From a virus (taxonomy: Duplodnaviria > Caudoviricetes), in IMG/VR virus record IMGVR_UViG_3300036985_003137, positions 1 through 60,725 of that record: a DNA stretch of 60,725 nucleotides. One strand, given 5' to 3'. The position numbers and the translations under genes were made by a program. Below, piece by piece: positions 11,101 to 20,006 of the stretch. Each line of letters opens with the position of its first letter. Within the stretch, counting starts at the first letter, position 1. The notes below the pieces were generated by a model. It was not told the origin of the DNA, made no database searches, and saw only the letters and a list, made by a program, of their open reading frames with translations.

Positions 11101-13348
11101 CTGTAGGGGCATACTGTTTCCATACTTGACTATCTTTCTCACGAATAAGAGTAATCTTATCTTTCCCTTCCTTCTTACGACGCACATTAGCAGCTACAAT
11201 GGCTTCATCTTTTGCAGCTTGTCCTTCTACAAATTTTTGAAATAGTGCTTTGCTGGCAGTCTTTTCTTCTGGTGTAGCAGTAGGATCATTGATAGCATCC
11301 CAATGTTGACGCATACCCATATTCTTAGAAGATCCATCATAAATCTCATTGGACACAGCATTAGTATCTTTACCTTGATTCCGCTTATTTAGTGTCATTC
11401 TCAAGAGAGCGGTATCTACATCACTGAACATGCTTATATCTTTTTGACCCATAGCTAATGCTGTTGCTGCTTGTGCTTTAGTCAATCGACTACTCATAGC
11501 CAAACTAAGAACACGATTCTTAGCCTTAGTTACTACTTCAGGGTCAGCATGTGTAAGATTATCTACTGCCTCATTAGTACTTTTCTCAGAATTTACTTCT
11601 CCGTGTATCTGATCTAAGGTTGATTTAAGGGAGTCATAATTTACTTGTGCAGACGTTTCTTTTGCTTTTAATGCCGTAACATATCCGGTCATGCTGGGAT
11701 CTGACAGTGCTGCTAATTGATCTTGTTTAAGTTTTATGACTACATCTGCTTCTGCTACCCGCTCTATATTACCCGCTGCCTCTTCAGTCTTCTTAATACC
11801 TTGAAGGTTTGTAATTGTGGTATTAAGACCTTCCTCACTTAATATCTTAGATATATCTGTGACCTTTTTCTTAGCTACTGCAACAAGCTCATCTGCACTT
11901 TTTATTGCTTCGTCATGTATCTCAGTTATTTTTTCAGGTGTATACGGAGTTGTTCCTTCCTTAGGAGGTGCATTTGTATCAATAACACGTTGATGTAATC
12001 CAGTCATTGCTTCTTCAGGTGTAAGAGGAGAGTTAGAGTCTGCTGCTCCTGATATGTCACCTGATTTAGCTACAGCAGCTATACGGTCAGAGCTTTGTTT
12101 ATTCACTTCTGCATACGTACCTGCCTGCTCCTCTGTACTAGCTTGTTGTTCTTCTTTAGTTGTTTTTAATTTATCAACTACAGCATCTTTTGCTACTACA
12201 GCAGTATCTTTAGCTCCATTCATAGCTCTTACAGCCATGTGTGTTCCAGTAGCTTGTCCTAGTGAGGATACTCCTTCTAATACTGCTGATTTAGGATCTG
12301 CTACTCCAGTAGCTGCATATTGACCTGAGTATTCACCTAAACCTTCAGAACCCATTTCTAAGCCTACGCCTGTTGCTGCAGATTTAACTTTACCCATTAG
12401 TGCTTGTGATGCTAATAAGTTAACGTCAGAAGCAATCTCTGCTTTAATTGCAGGTTTAGCCAGCACATCCGATACTAATTTAGGATTAAGTAGATCACTT
12501 GGTGCCATTCGTTTAGCTAGTACATTTTCAGTAGCAGTACGTAAAGGTGCATTTAATAGTGCACCTCCTAAACCTATAGTAGCTGTATCTACAGCACCAA
12601 TAACCCCGCTTTTAATTAAATTTTCTTTTAAGAGTTCATCTCTATTTTGATTAATAAACTGTTGGGCTTCTTGGTTATCCCAAATATTTACACCCTCTTT
12701 TTGAATCATGTTTTGGAGTAACTCATTTTGTCCTGATGCCATATTGCCAAATGTTGCTCCAGTGTATACACCAGCTGCCGTTCCTAAAGGATTTCCTGTA
12801 AGACTGCCTAATGCTCCCCCAATAGCCATGCCCCCCATTGTAGGAATAGAGTTGGGAATTTGCTCTACAACTCCACCCCCTAATGCCTTAAAGTTTTCCC
12901 ATAGAGCATTTGCACCTTTACCAAGAGTTGGTGCATCAGCGCTGTCTCGATAGATGTTCTTAGCTACATCAGTAATACCCTGTCCGGCTGCGGCAAAGGA
13001 TTGTGTATTACCTTCTGCGTCCTTAGCTGCATCATATAAAGCAGATAACTCTCGAGCTGCTGCTGATGATGGATTAGCTTGTCTATATCTCTCGTCTGCT
13101 TGTAACTGTTTAACTGCTGCTTCAGCATCCTTATTGATCAAGTTTATACCCTGATTAAAGGACGAATCTAGGTTGTGCATCCCTTTTTCCCAAGGGCTGT
13201 CTGCCACTGCAGCTAGCGCATTTTGCTGATTAACGGCTGCTTCAGGGCTTAATATATAAGCCTTAAATGCTTCAGTTTTCTGTTGTGCCGCTACTGCAAC
13301 TTCTAGTGCTTTTTGTGTAAAAGTATCTTGAGATATTGGGGATGCCAT
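2192..13348 (-). CDS. virion-encapsidated RNA polymerase (N4 gp50-like vRNAP)
   Basis: 3718 aa; motif A ESDGKTNG, motif B RxxxKx7FG, motif C NLFDA; HELIH zincin-like motif; no Cys seen on reading; position after structural genes. Confidence 0.95.
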   Translation of the reverse strand: MASPISQDTFTQKALEVAVAAQQKTEAFKAYILSPEAAVNQQNALAAVADSPWEKGMHNLDSSFNQGINLINKDAEAAVKQLQADERYRQANPSSAAARELSALYDAAKDAEGNTQSFAAAGQGITDVAKNIYRDSADAPTLGKGANALWENFKALGGGVVEQIPNSIPTMGGMAIGGALGSLTGNPLGTAAGVYTGATFGNMASGQNELLQNMIQKEGVNIWDNQEAQQFINQNRDELLKENLIKSGVIGAVDTATIGLGGALLNAPLRTATENVLAKRMAPSDLLNPKLVSDVLAKPAIKAEIASDVNLLASQALMGKVKSAATGVGLEMGSEGLGEYSGQYAATGVADPKSAVLEGVSSLGQATGTHMAVRAMNGAKDTAVVAKDAVVDKLKTTKEEQQASTEEQAGTYAEVNKQSSDRIAAVAKSGDISGAADSNSPLTPEEAMTGLHQRVIDTNAPPKEGTTPYTPEKITEIHDEAIKSADELVAVAKKKVTDISKILSEEGLNTTITNLQGIKKTEEAAGNIERVAEADVVIKLKQDQLAALSDPSMTGYVTALKAKETSAQVNYDSLKSTLDQIHGEVNSEKSTNEAVDNLTHADPEVVTKAKNRVLSLAMSSRLTKAQAATALAMGQKDISMFSDVDTALLRMTLNKRNQGKDTNAVSNEIYDGSSKNMGMRQHWDAINDPTATPEEKTASKALFQKFVEGQAAKDEAIVAANVRRKKEGKDKITLIREKDSQVWKQYAPTDLIDGIEAQAVPGNYTVGDDTFQKTLATGISPYGRIQQEVHDLKSMLGHVTGKTAAPTTSAPPPIVPPTTTTTTTTNTKATTSNPPVVKSTDSVGTEGGATESINNTAKTPVGKEITVTLPANAKNKTNIALSNIATHIIGEEAKGKKSISAFITKQWRDHATKSSLDIVNSTVYSKDDVIFLNVNKEFDHKNITKSVNAGIEKGASFMTFDKDQRDKDAHNETTDPQAGEKRAAALLESKSYTETPQETIEGIKYSLWTAPGKTNSSTTGTTTNTQDPGNISTEEDTTFEEDNTTPDPDALNKMIAEEKAVTNNPEAVVTTRVPNEVDKLEEALYQRHAEEIRDLGDENDRTEQDIEKYEKALAALKIKHEAEIAEFPAKSSELSSLIAGREYNQTDEAKADKRIQDRTSETLIQKLGSTVLTKTRDVISSIKSIAALIKLNKGQDVTKEQNDAFKHFRDLKTDLSNTILAGFSAQGFTAKGGNIVNIKSTPTNERRDRSSDLINVEEDGTLSIDDNLASAFAASAYSYIVSLEGRIPTGDMANALVGRKEKNTPVALLRLFPEATSTQNAAANEIGQTVLKLLAIKENSATPDNISPELATSIGGRVIAALIKDKYLESFEISEMDIQLAQDSKYYKDLPPAQKTADQKKPHSFIKLAQGAPVNGKTRLSDKVSELIIYNRTSKQFISKLFDNEKEAEIIRTEAFNYVQDNNHIVPSRIRDDIAAENKVAYGVAATTSRAFMGFSDTNQELIAGNVALYSPSGTHPLVHADLMPGVEASQKGILDSINKLKGFMAGYPSLEDIAVFFSTEMYVQQRTGIVGQVFNPQSSKVIRWLMSHKSWETTIKLDGSDTLKMDVFEQFVAESLDLKTAAQLNEDLDNKYSKYQPAIDALVRLLEQGDNGTLTEEDQSIVVATVQEAKTDTHAFAGLMALAQRQFAQNNGDDSFTTTITSESDGKTNGAAIATNLLGAHLTVEESIEFNKQFGIYTLEDALTHFDDYKSKGGKDLYMNTAMQAVVRLTAAATKGIKLKITKYKTQHVLGKQVLITLRAIEHFIGKMKKENTNDPSDSLREVVKEPILMFFFGAGINTALVKTSSDFIITIKDVISKAYASRELENAETRASIITALNTIAALHPQHSGTYTPIPANTSALKLMGYIQKGENIIQDPSPIFNHGLETAIRATYEITIGKSITDSMKVTFEHFLEHTKKINTAVRIMGTIAANQYEKRVAASISKGTLEFVKDQTKGVTMEFSGTLDPNNISDTRRALEGLSNEEMDKILDGMILEGGLPMLPTASSDPDNIYTGMLLMEDTNIPDDNRNHDINVITGADKIQSKLYAAMVRRFGPMAVATISRMTHSFDSAVMYLAREKARKDGVVTLNLFDAAVGGIDGLPIMTKYLNEAFLELMISYSPTQALADTIERQIVWLSKQDLTTEELDSINDMVATESKKLGWTNLADMHRDLQAQAISVDRVKLEALNATGSANQYSRNGAEALVTDEYRESIEKKLSEINKPKDMAALNKATHKLGMSITPSTLIDTLQKATTFGEIHEELKAALSVEKEEAYKLKLLEQIVPLLPDNLEIYYLDPEVDGEAHTYKDDLGRFISDEDGQRIIIMTPKMGQTDSIAAVLLHELIHASIANTIDKSQQGITLGSDSLNIKARNAINSLERLRTSIEEANPGLVEQYGDFLAQPNAVTSKEAKFAMLQEFVAHGLTDTDFQKNVLNKIKGVISKRWEQFTNAVKHLLGLTDKDATGLRTFIDDISDLIDVAKETKEVYQANLNLPMKANATTNFSTTETFDALSSNTTDAAFETHLKSLLNSVVTKLHGPFGVIKSAIKSKKLDAAGVWKRNASENLTPLSKELVKSGLVTDSKQAFVMEQVYATIAAFGKGNELHTFQAYRDLRALYESVRTTLTPNEFYGSDFGTTSTKEAEHLYDSIFKVTLNAEGKSDYLARFAAVGLTNPGFHALLDKHVVNKTSKGKQSWAKKLQSIFEKILDAIHGWTSTHESSLSNHRLDTLISKLVDTELSYQAVLELQREAEASPIRDVESKLDKLANAAGKSVITGLDSHFVQHNRFVLVRAIAGLVKKHVSHKQQEFLSMMLTLLNDPKKGSKLGVVAGLINNVKGYDQWVELLRLGRDLLDKDRKTMIDSTTKNVLETFVNKGKNLTPAVKNAITAVVLKSNMSALLKGYSLQEMQNLLADPTKLEEHITAQSLELKNALTSSDATYNQMLTNAEGLGYYSATGEVKVKVLKRNVYQIIHSFGEANNKLTQTKIDEIEPMVSKLATLFTLRHTPEVDRAAVSEVMKIEAARPKEEVNGMEYALLMHAHLAHIELTNIYDSDPSKAPFGNIHEKYNPFTKIRVGDDKEGKRLRELGYEQVGELQRDPDDADQSPRHYYVQRDMKPPSQVGGVMQMGSNSSTEVRVTTGEQNLNTPEGLKEAEARAHIKSKRSSMKAATYAIAFNPNIAEAYMAPEYNSEGVITNWVYLMSENMKNSVLERRNSFDAVLGTLAGSLLGKQSTEEHNKEAMKALFDNFTASNAVDRQKMVEVGPKSEDAELRSIWYRLPEKTKAAALDIFGNEHIMVNNQTLDMVFGYRKVSMAAPFERANNERAHRLEAGQSDNIMDLKSINIIQKLVISFVEESLEMSAKARGKSPAEAKRYAKRAAMFVTRAEAGWQEIVSDMKDKIVVVSGTVLLGNIFSNVSRLMLEGIPLKNMAHYFSVAFKGATQYLNDKKHLDALLLKKELGRATKEDERQIIQLQDAIKRNPVTPLIEAGLLPTIVEDLDADAEFGFRTQLEKQFDIMSEGIPASALTALKAVLMTRESGAYKALAHITQLSDFVARYAMYQHQMNKTNPMVHIDAVARANSAFVQYSTPMQRTLQYSDDMGFTLFTKYFLYIQKELVRISKEQPGRVMTMLLFNQLVHLGPVITDSSLIHHAGYNPLRDGVFGYWDSLYKRMTIGLLV
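10874..10897. repeat. (AGT)8 microsatellite encoding poly-Thr linker in vRNAP
   Basis: agtagtagt... gives TTTTTTTT on minus strand within a Pro/Thr-rich linker. Confidence 0.9.
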
Positions 13349-13385
13349 GATGATTCCGTTTTAATGGGTAACTGTTAGAGGAATA

Positions 13386-15029
13386 TTATTTAGATAAAAG
13401 GCGTAATGCGTCTAACTCACGCCGTGCCCTTCTACGTCCAACATCCGTATAGGGTGTAGGGGGTTGAGCTAGAAATGTCTCTAAACCTTTTATTTTAGTA
13501 ACTCGTGCAATTGCATCTTCCTTCTTTAGAGCTTCTTCTCGTTGTTGAGCCTGATCTACTGCACGTGCTTTATTTTTTTCTGGGGTAAATTCAGAAGCAG
13601 TAAAAACTTTAGATTTTACATCTGGCTTAGTATCTTTTAAAGGCTCCCCAAAAACCCCCCCCTCTGGTGCTATTTCCGCTTCTTTTTTTAATCTAGCTTT
13701 TTCTGTTTTAACCTCTAGATTTTTAACAGCTTCCTGCTCTTGGGCTACTAATTTAGGCTTACGACTAACTAGGGTATTCTCATACTCTAAAGCTGCTCTC
13801 ACATTATCAGTAGCTAATCGAGCGTCTGTATCTAAACTAGCACTAATCTTTTTCCTTCCCTCATCAGATTCAAGATATTTTTTTAGTTGTTCTTTAATTT
13901 CACTAGAGCTTGTTTTATTAAGCCATGTACCTGGGTCTAAATTAGACGCCCCTATAATTGTTTTTAACTCATTTAACGGCAAATGGTCTATATCTAAGTC
14001 TTTATTTTCTTTCTTTAAAGCCAACACAGCAATATTATACTTATTGGCTAAATCAACTGCGACTTCAGGGGCTACTTGAGAGTCTACAAGAAATTTATTA
14101 ACAGCATCAGAAGAGGCATATGCAGCTCTGTGTGTTGCTAACGCTACATCAGTCTGGCCCCTACGTTCCGCTGCACTTTGTACTACAGCATCTGCCCTTA
14201 ATTCAGGGGCTTCTATAGCCTGAAGATAGCTGTCTTTACTCTGTGCTATCTCAGCATTTGTCTTAGCTGCTGCCGCTGTTGCCTCTAATTCCTGTCCTGT
14301 AATCAATGCCTTAGTTTTGTCTGAGGTAGCAGCATTAGATGCAATGTCATATTTCTGTTGTGCTTGTGGAACCTGTAGTTCTACAGTTTTTTCACCAATA
14401 TTAGCTAACTCAGGTGTGATTCCTAATATTGCTGCTGCTTCTGCCCTAGCAATCTGTGATTTACTTTTTTCTAGGTCTCCCCATGTTTGGTTATTCGAAT
14501 CTGATAAACCAGTTAATATTTTAGCTTTAAATAAATCTTCGTTGGATTTAGTACCGGCATTTAAACCAAAAGTTTGAAGCTCCTCAGATAAGTTTTTAAA
14601 TCCAACATCTGTCTTGCCTTGAAGTCTTTGTTTCTCTAGTGGTTGTTCAATGGTAGCTTTATCAGCATTAAATCCTGACGTTAAAGCACTTTCTCTAGCA
14701 GTATATTGTTTCTGGGCATCTGACATAATTGAAGAGATGAGTGTACCTGCACTGCCTTTATCATTCATACTTCCAGACAGCTCTTGAATTTTAGGCATTA
14801 CAGCATCTACCTCACCTACATTCTTAGTACCAGCAAGCAATGATTTAATAGCATATGACTTAGCCTCATCCTGCTGCTTCATAACATCTGTATTTACTTT
14901 ATTTAATTGGGTTCCCATATCTTTGAAAGATTCTGCTGCACTAGTAACTCCTTGTGAAGCCAGAAGCATTCCCTTAAATACAGCATCATTAGAGGGTGCA
15001 TTTACGTTTTGCCATGATATTTCAGCCAT
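13386..15029 (-). CDS. virion ejection protein (N4 gp51-like)
   Basis: Probable start MAEISWQNV at 15029; helical, Ala/Lys/Glu-rich; adjacent to vRNAP. Confidence 0.7.
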   Translation of the reverse strand: MAEISWQNVNAPSNDAVFKGMLLASQGVTSAAESFKDMGTQLNKVNTDVMKQQDEAKSYAIKSLLAGTKNVGEVDAVMPKIQELSGSMNDKGSAGTLISSIMSDAQKQYTARESALTSGFNADKATIEQPLEKQRLQGKTDVGFKNLSEELQTFGLNAGTKSNEDLFKAKILTGLSDSNNQTWGDLEKSKSQIARAEAAAILGITPELANIGEKTVELQVPQAQQKYDIASNAATSDKTKALITGQELEATAAAAKTNAEIAQSKDSYLQAIEAPELRADAVVQSAAERRGQTDVALATHRAAYASSDAVNKFLVDSQVAPEVAVDLANKYNIAVLALKKENKDLDIDHLPLNELKTIIGASNLDPGTWLNKTSSSEIKEQLKKYLESDEGRKKISASLDTDARLATDNVRAALEYENTLVSRKPKLVAQEQEAVKNLEVKTEKARLKKEAEIAPEGGVFGEPLKDTKPDVKSKVFTASEFTPEKNKARAVDQAQQREEALKKEDAIARVTKIKGLETFLAQPPTPYTDVGRRRARRELDALRLLSK

Positions 15030-15489
15030 GATTATATCCTTCTTCCTTAATACCATACTGTTTCACATAGTCTGCAGCTGATTGCTCAGTTCCACGATAA
15101 CCTGCACTGTTTGCCATAGCTATACGTCCTTCCTGTTTATCAGCTAACTGTGCATTAGTTAATCTTGCTTGGCTAGTAAAGTTATTCCAATATTGCTGTT
15201 TATTAGCTGCTAGGGTCTCTTTAGCTAAACCATAATTCTTCATGCCTAAGTATGCCTGCATACCACCATTGATTGCTTGAAGGCCCCCCATACCTAGAGC
15301 AATGCCTTGACCCATAGCTTTTGATCCCCATCCTGATAGTGGATCACCTGTCATATTAAAACCTGATTCTGGGCTACCATAACTACCCCAATTTGCTGCG
15401 TTGTTTTGTTGTTCCCACATGTTTGGGTCTACTGTATTTTGATCATACATCTGTGGTTGGTAGACTCCGTTATATGTGTTAGTCGCCAT
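15022..15489 (-). CDS. virion ejection protein (N4 gp52-like)
   Basis: Gly-rich hydrophobic segment then YGLAKETL...N...Q..LTNAQL.D.Q..R; synteny. Confidence 0.75.
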   Translation of the reverse strand: MATNTYNGVYQPQMYDQNTVDPNMWEQQNNAANWGSYGSPESGFNMTGDPLSGWGSKAMGQGIALGMGGLQAINGGMQAYLGMKNYGLAKETLAANKQQYWNNFTSQARLTNAQLADKQEGRIAMANSAGYRGTEQSAADYVKQYGIKEEGYNHG

Positions 15490-15492
15490 AAA

Positions 15493-18033
15493 TTACTCCT
15501 CTTTTGTATTGTGAATTGTTTCGTTTAAAGTAGGTAAGGTTAATAATATATCACAGAATGTAGATAACATATCAAAGCAAGCTACAGCTGGATTACCATT
15601 GTGAATTACCCTATCAAAATAGTCACCAGGGTTCTCTCCTGGAATCGTAAATGGTTCAAGTATGATTGAGTTATTTTCTAACAGGTCTTGAGCTTTTTGA
15701 AGCTCTACATCATTCTGTTTAGTAAAATCTAAGAATGATTTATACTCATCCTGCACATTTTGAATCTGATTCATGTACTCATTATTTGCTGCTGACATTA
15801 AACCCGTTGCTATGGACAATATAAATGTAGCTGGTGCCATTGTTGCACCTGCTACTCCAGCAAGCATGTTTAATCCTTGAATACTTCCTACTGTAAGTGC
15901 TGCTACTGCTACTACAATTGCTAAAATAAATGCAGCTGTAGGTCCTATTAACTTAGCTACAGCTTTTAATATAAAGTGTATTGCTGTCATGACAATAGCG
16001 GAGATAAGAATAAATGTAACTATCGTCATTATAGCTAATGCAATAAACCCTGCCTTAAGCATTGCTACAGCTAAGGCTAACATATACGGAAGAAGTGCTG
16101 GGGCAAAGATTGCTACTAATACAATAATTACAATAATAATAATGATAACAAAAATCATAAATATCCCTGTTGACCACCAAGGAATCTTTGTTTTCGTAAT
16201 AATTTCAGTGTTGTAGATTAAGTGTTGTCCTCTACTATATAGGACCTCCTTCTTTGCTAATGAATATGTACTTGTGATTCTAGTATCTATAGGGACTAAT
16301 AGGTGTGTCTCAATACCATCACCCGCATCATTGTGTCCTAAAGTAGATTCTCTATGGGTAGCTGATTTACCTGAGCCAATAAAGTAAGTCATCTTTAATT
16401 TTTTTACTTTCACATCTATGGCAGTAAAATCAGAATTTAAAAATGTATATGTGTGTACGCCATTAGCATAGGACATGCTGTATGTTTTAGCTGTCTTAGC
16501 TCTTACAGGCTCATATCTATGTGTAATGGTAATGCCATGATGCTGTAAGGATATTTTAAAACGTTTATCTTGAATAGTAATTGCATTATAATTTTCAGCC
16601 CCTAAATTAGCTAAATTTGTTAATAAGGCTTGACGTACATTCTCAGTCTTGTTATTTCCAACAGTTAAAAATACATCAGCATCAGATTTATTATTAGGAT
16701 CTGTAGCCCACTGACTAAAGAATGCATGTAAGTATTGAATATCAACTTCATTCGTTGAATTAGCAGAGGTAGCCATTACCATTATGATACTTTTTACGTC
16801 TTTAAGTTTGGGATTTATTTTCTTCTTTGTTTTTCCATTAGCATCTTTAACAGGTGCAGTTTTATCTCTAGTTAACGTCTCTTCAAATGTGCTAGACATT
16901 GGGTCGCGATCAACATACGTTTCCTGTTCTCCTGTTTTTTCAGTGATATCTTCATTATGAATTTGATTACACATATAATCATAATCTAAACCAACAGTCT
17001 TTAAGATTCGTTTAGTGTCTTTGTATGCTTCAGTTGTTTTATCTATTGATTGATCAATCTTATCCCAGCGTAAATAAAAGAATGGGAATAATCCTCCTTC
17101 TACAGTAGACACTTGTGGTTTAGTAAATATAGTTTCAGCTTTATCTCTATCTGATAACCAATCTGCTTCCTTAGTTATAAATTTAACTACATTATTAACT
17201 GCATACTTAATTTGATAAAAATCATTACTGTAATAGGGGTTAGTCTCTACATCTGTAAGAGGATCTATCTTACTTTCAATAGCCGACATATCGGGTGTAA
17301 GAGTAAACTCTTTGAGTACAGTACCTGGAACTGATGTAGGGGAGGTTACGGGATCAACTACTTGATTGTATGCATAGTAAACATGAAATGTAACTTTGTT
17401 TATTTTAGGAACAGGATTGTTATAAACCACTTTAGTAGATTTATCTACATAGGATGAAGAGTCTCCCGCATACGCACGTGTTGGTGAGTATTCAGACTTT
17501 GTTGGTCTACCCCAGGGATCAGTAATATTACTTAAGTAGGGAGATTCTTCCTCTTCAATATTTAATACTAGGTCATCTAAATAAACAGTCTGTTTTAATT
17601 GTGCGGATAGCTTACCTAATTTATTTGTAGTAGGGTCGTATTGATGATCTTTAATTAATTCTAACCAGGCTTGGTGATATAGATTTAGAGGCATAAAGTA
17701 TGAATACTCTAATCGAATATCTGTTACCTTTACTTTTTCTGCTAAGGCAAGTGCAGCTATAACAGCAGTATCCCCATATTGCATTGCAAGGAATTGCCCC
17801 GTTGGAAGACCATAGAAGTATTTCTTTTTAGCAGCATTATAGATTAAGTGCATTTTCCTACCAATACCCTCAACTAGTTTATTTTCTACTGTATCTGATA
17901 AATTCTGATTTTTTATAAGAGCTTCAACTACCCCAGTTCGCAGTGATTCCGGTACCTGATTGTCTGGTACTAGACGCATAGCTTGTGTAGCTACAGTAAT
18001 TGTTGTTTTTATTTTACTCGTGAATAATCCCAT
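15493..18033 (-). CDS. N4 gp53-like structural protein with C-terminal multi-TM region
   Basis: MGLFTSK start; WW followed by long hydrophobic helices; GENPGDYFDR near C-terminus. Confidence 0.75.
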   Translation of the reverse strand: MGLFTSKIKTTITVATQAMRLVPDNQVPESLRTGVVEALIKNQNLSDTVENKLVEGIGRKMHLIYNAAKKKYFYGLPTGQFLAMQYGDTAVIAALALAEKVKVTDIRLEYSYFMPLNLYHQAWLELIKDHQYDPTTNKLGKLSAQLKQTVYLDDLVLNIEEEESPYLSNITDPWGRPTKSEYSPTRAYAGDSSSYVDKSTKVVYNNPVPKINKVTFHVYYAYNQVVDPVTSPTSVPGTVLKEFTLTPDMSAIESKIDPLTDVETNPYYSNDFYQIKYAVNNVVKFITKEADWLSDRDKAETIFTKPQVSTVEGGLFPFFYLRWDKIDQSIDKTTEAYKDTKRILKTVGLDYDYMCNQIHNEDITEKTGEQETYVDRDPMSSTFEETLTRDKTAPVKDANGKTKKKINPKLKDVKSIIMVMATSANSTNEVDIQYLHAFFSQWATDPNNKSDADVFLTVGNNKTENVRQALLTNLANLGAENYNAITIQDKRFKISLQHHGITITHRYEPVRAKTAKTYSMSYANGVHTYTFLNSDFTAIDVKVKKLKMTYFIGSGKSATHRESTLGHNDAGDGIETHLLVPIDTRITSTYSLAKKEVLYSRGQHLIYNTEIITKTKIPWWSTGIFMIFVIIIIIVIIVLVAIFAPALLPYMLALAVAMLKAGFIALAIMTIVTFILISAIVMTAIHFILKAVAKLIGPTAAFILAIVVAVAALTVGSIQGLNMLAGVAGATMAPATFILSIATGLMSAANNEYMNQIQNVQDEYKSFLDFTKQNDVELQKAQDLLENNSIILEPFTIPGENPGDYFDRVIHNGNPAVACFDMLSTFCDILLTLPTLNETIHNTKEE

Positions 18034-18050
18034 ATATATGTATCCTAATA

Positions 18051-18079
18051 AATAAAAGGAAACCGAAGTTCCCTTTATT
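18051..18079 (-). terminator. intrinsic terminator (UUCG loop)
   Basis: Minus strand AAAGGGAAC-TTCG-GTTTCCTTTTATT. Confidence 0.75.
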
Positions 18080-18101
18080 ATACATCAGTTCGTATCTCGC
18101 T

Positions 18102-19985
18102 TTATTTAGTAGGTTCTGTAGCCACAAATCCAAGACCTGATTTACCAGATGCTCTCACAGGTGTTATTAATGCGTCTATAGCAGCATTTCTAGAACCCAT
18201 TGAAACACCTTCACCTGCGATTTTGGAATCAGGATTAGACATTAATAGGGTAGCCCAGGCATCTACAGCAATCTTAGCTGCCTTTTGTTCAGCATCTCGC
18301 AGGAAGCCGTTTGTTTGTGCTTCATAGAGTCCTTTTTGTCTACCAATAACGGATTCGGCATCTGCACTTGCTCCTGTAGTCTGAGCTTCTTCAGTTACTT
18401 TTTTCTGTTCTAATAAAAACTTTTCTGCTGTTGTTTTATTTTTAGTTTCAACAAGGACATCACGTTCTGCTCTCAGTTTACACTCCGTTGCTGTAATAAC
18501 TGCATTCTGTCTTTCAATAATACTACTTCTAGTTAAGGTATCAGCTACCAATTTCCCATCACAGTCATATATACCAATACCCACAGTTTGTCTCTTCTCT
18601 GTATCTCCTTTATATCCTGTTAAGAGTATTTCTTTATCAACCTGTAATTTTTGGGCATCAAGTAATGTTCCTTGTTTAACTAGCTTAGACTCCTCAGTTA
18701 CTAGATTTATTTCTTGTTGTGTAGTTAAAGAGGTCTGTGCATCTAATTGAATCCCTTGCTTAATAATGTTATCTTTTTCTTCTAAAAGATTAGATTCTTG
18801 TTGAACTATTAAAGAGGTCTGGGCTGCTATATGTGCTCCTTGTGTGGAAATATTATTAAATTCTTCTAAAAGATTAGATTCTTGTTGTGTAGTTAAAGAG
18901 GTCTGTGCATCTAATTGAATCCCTTGCTTAGAAATATTATCTTTTTCTTCTAAAAGGTTTTCCGTTTGTTGTTTAGTTTGTAATTCTTGGCTATTCAGTA
19001 AGCTTGTTTGACTCTTGATATGATCTCCTTGTAAAGGAATATTATTAAGTTCCTCTAAAAGATTTAATTCTTGTTGAGTTATTAAAGAGGTCTGGGCTTC
19101 TATATGTGCTCCTTGCTTAGTAATGTTGTCTTTTTCTTCTACAAGGTTTTCTGTTTGTTGTTCAGTTTGTAATGTTTGTTTAGCTACTAAGGATGTTTGG
19201 CCTACAATTTGTAATCCTTGTATGGGAATATTTAAAGCTTCTGCATTTAAGTTAATTTTTTGTTGGGATACTAACGCAGTTTGTGTATCTATTTGTAATC
19301 CCTGCTTAACAATATTAAGTCGGTCTGCATTTAGATTTGCTGTTTGAGCTTCAGTCTGAAGTTTTTGACTGTATATAGATAACTCCTCTGCTTTTGTATT
19401 AGCCAGCTGTTGTACTACAACTTTAGTCTGTTCTACGGCCTGTAATGCTTGCTGACTAACCAAAGATGTTTGTGCTGTGATTTGTATTCCCTGTTTAGGG
19501 ATATTTAATGCTTCTTCAATTAGGTTTACTTTTTGTTGTACCGCTATACCTGCTTGAGCTGTAAGCAGTAAAACTTCTGCAGGGATCTTGACTAGATTAG
19601 CCTTAGAGATTTCTAACTCAGCCTTAGCAATATCTGCTTGGATGACTGCAAGAACGATCTGAGCATCTAATTGTCTGATAGTTGCCTCAGTTTTTCTTGC
19701 TTCAATCTGTGCTAATAATACCTGTTGCTCAATCATTTGAGCTTCTAAACTAACTTTGTCTTTTTGAAGCAAGAACTGTAGAGAGGTGCTCATAACAGAT
19801 TCTAGTGAACCTAAATAAACAGTGGCATACTCAGCACCTTTAATTCGATTCTTAGTAAATTCTGCCTCTAAGTGAACCTTATTAGCTCGCATTAATACAT
19901 CAAAAATGCCTGTACCTGTTAAGCTTGATGTGGTGAGATCACCAATTGTAATTGGTAGAATAGGTACTGCTGTTGTTGTTGCCAT
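18102..19985 (-). CDS. N4 gp54-like tail tube/structural protein with expanded repeats
   Basis: N-term LT...GTGIFDVLM...HL..EF...RI.G.EYA.VY; C-term G.QK.LY..Q..GF.RDAE.K; synteny. Confidence 0.8.
   Translation of the reverse strand: MATTTAVPILPITIGDLTTSSLTGTGIFDVLMRANKVHLEAEFTKNRIKGAEYATVYLGSLESVMSTSLQFLLQKDKVSLEAQMIEQQVLLAQIEARKTEATIRQLDAQIVLAVIQADIAKAELEISKANLVKIPAEVLLLTAQAGIAVQQKVNLIEEALNIPKQGIQITAQTSLVSQQALQAVEQTKVVVQQLANTKAEELSIYSQKLQTEAQTANLNADRLNIVKQGLQIDTQTALVSQQKINLNAEALNIPIQGLQIVGQTSLVAKQTLQTEQQTENLVEEKDNITKQGAHIEAQTSLITQQELNLLEELNNIPLQGDHIKSQTSLLNSQELQTKQQTENLLEEKDNISKQGIQLDAQTSLTTQQESNLLEEFNNISTQGAHIAAQTSLIVQQESNLLEEKDNIIKQGIQLDAQTSLTTQQEINLVTEESKLVKQGTLLDAQKLQVDKEILLTGYKGDTEKRQTVGIGIYDCDGKLVADTLTRSSIIERQNAVITATECKLRAERDVLVETKNKTTAEKFLLEQKKVTEEAQTTGASADAESVIGRQKGLYEAQTNGFLRDAEQKAAKIAVDAWATLLMSNPDSKIAGEGVSMGSRNAAIDALITPVRASGKSGLGFVATEPTK
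18650..19560 (-). repeat. tandem ~28-aa (84-bp) coiled-coil repeats
   Basis: Units such as [28 protein letters not shown]; identical 52-bp copies at 18711-18762 and 18879-18930 (168 bp apart). Confidence 0.9.
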
Positions 19986-20006
19986 GTTATCTAGGTTCCT
20001 TATTGA

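Noticed and set aside
2192-13348. Stop-codon reassignment
   Set aside because: Long genes are intact under the standard code and TAA, TAG and TGA all end genes in the window
18650-19560. CRISPR array or DGR template/variable repeat
   Set aside because: In-frame coding repeats without unique spacers; no cas or reverse transcriptase gene in the window
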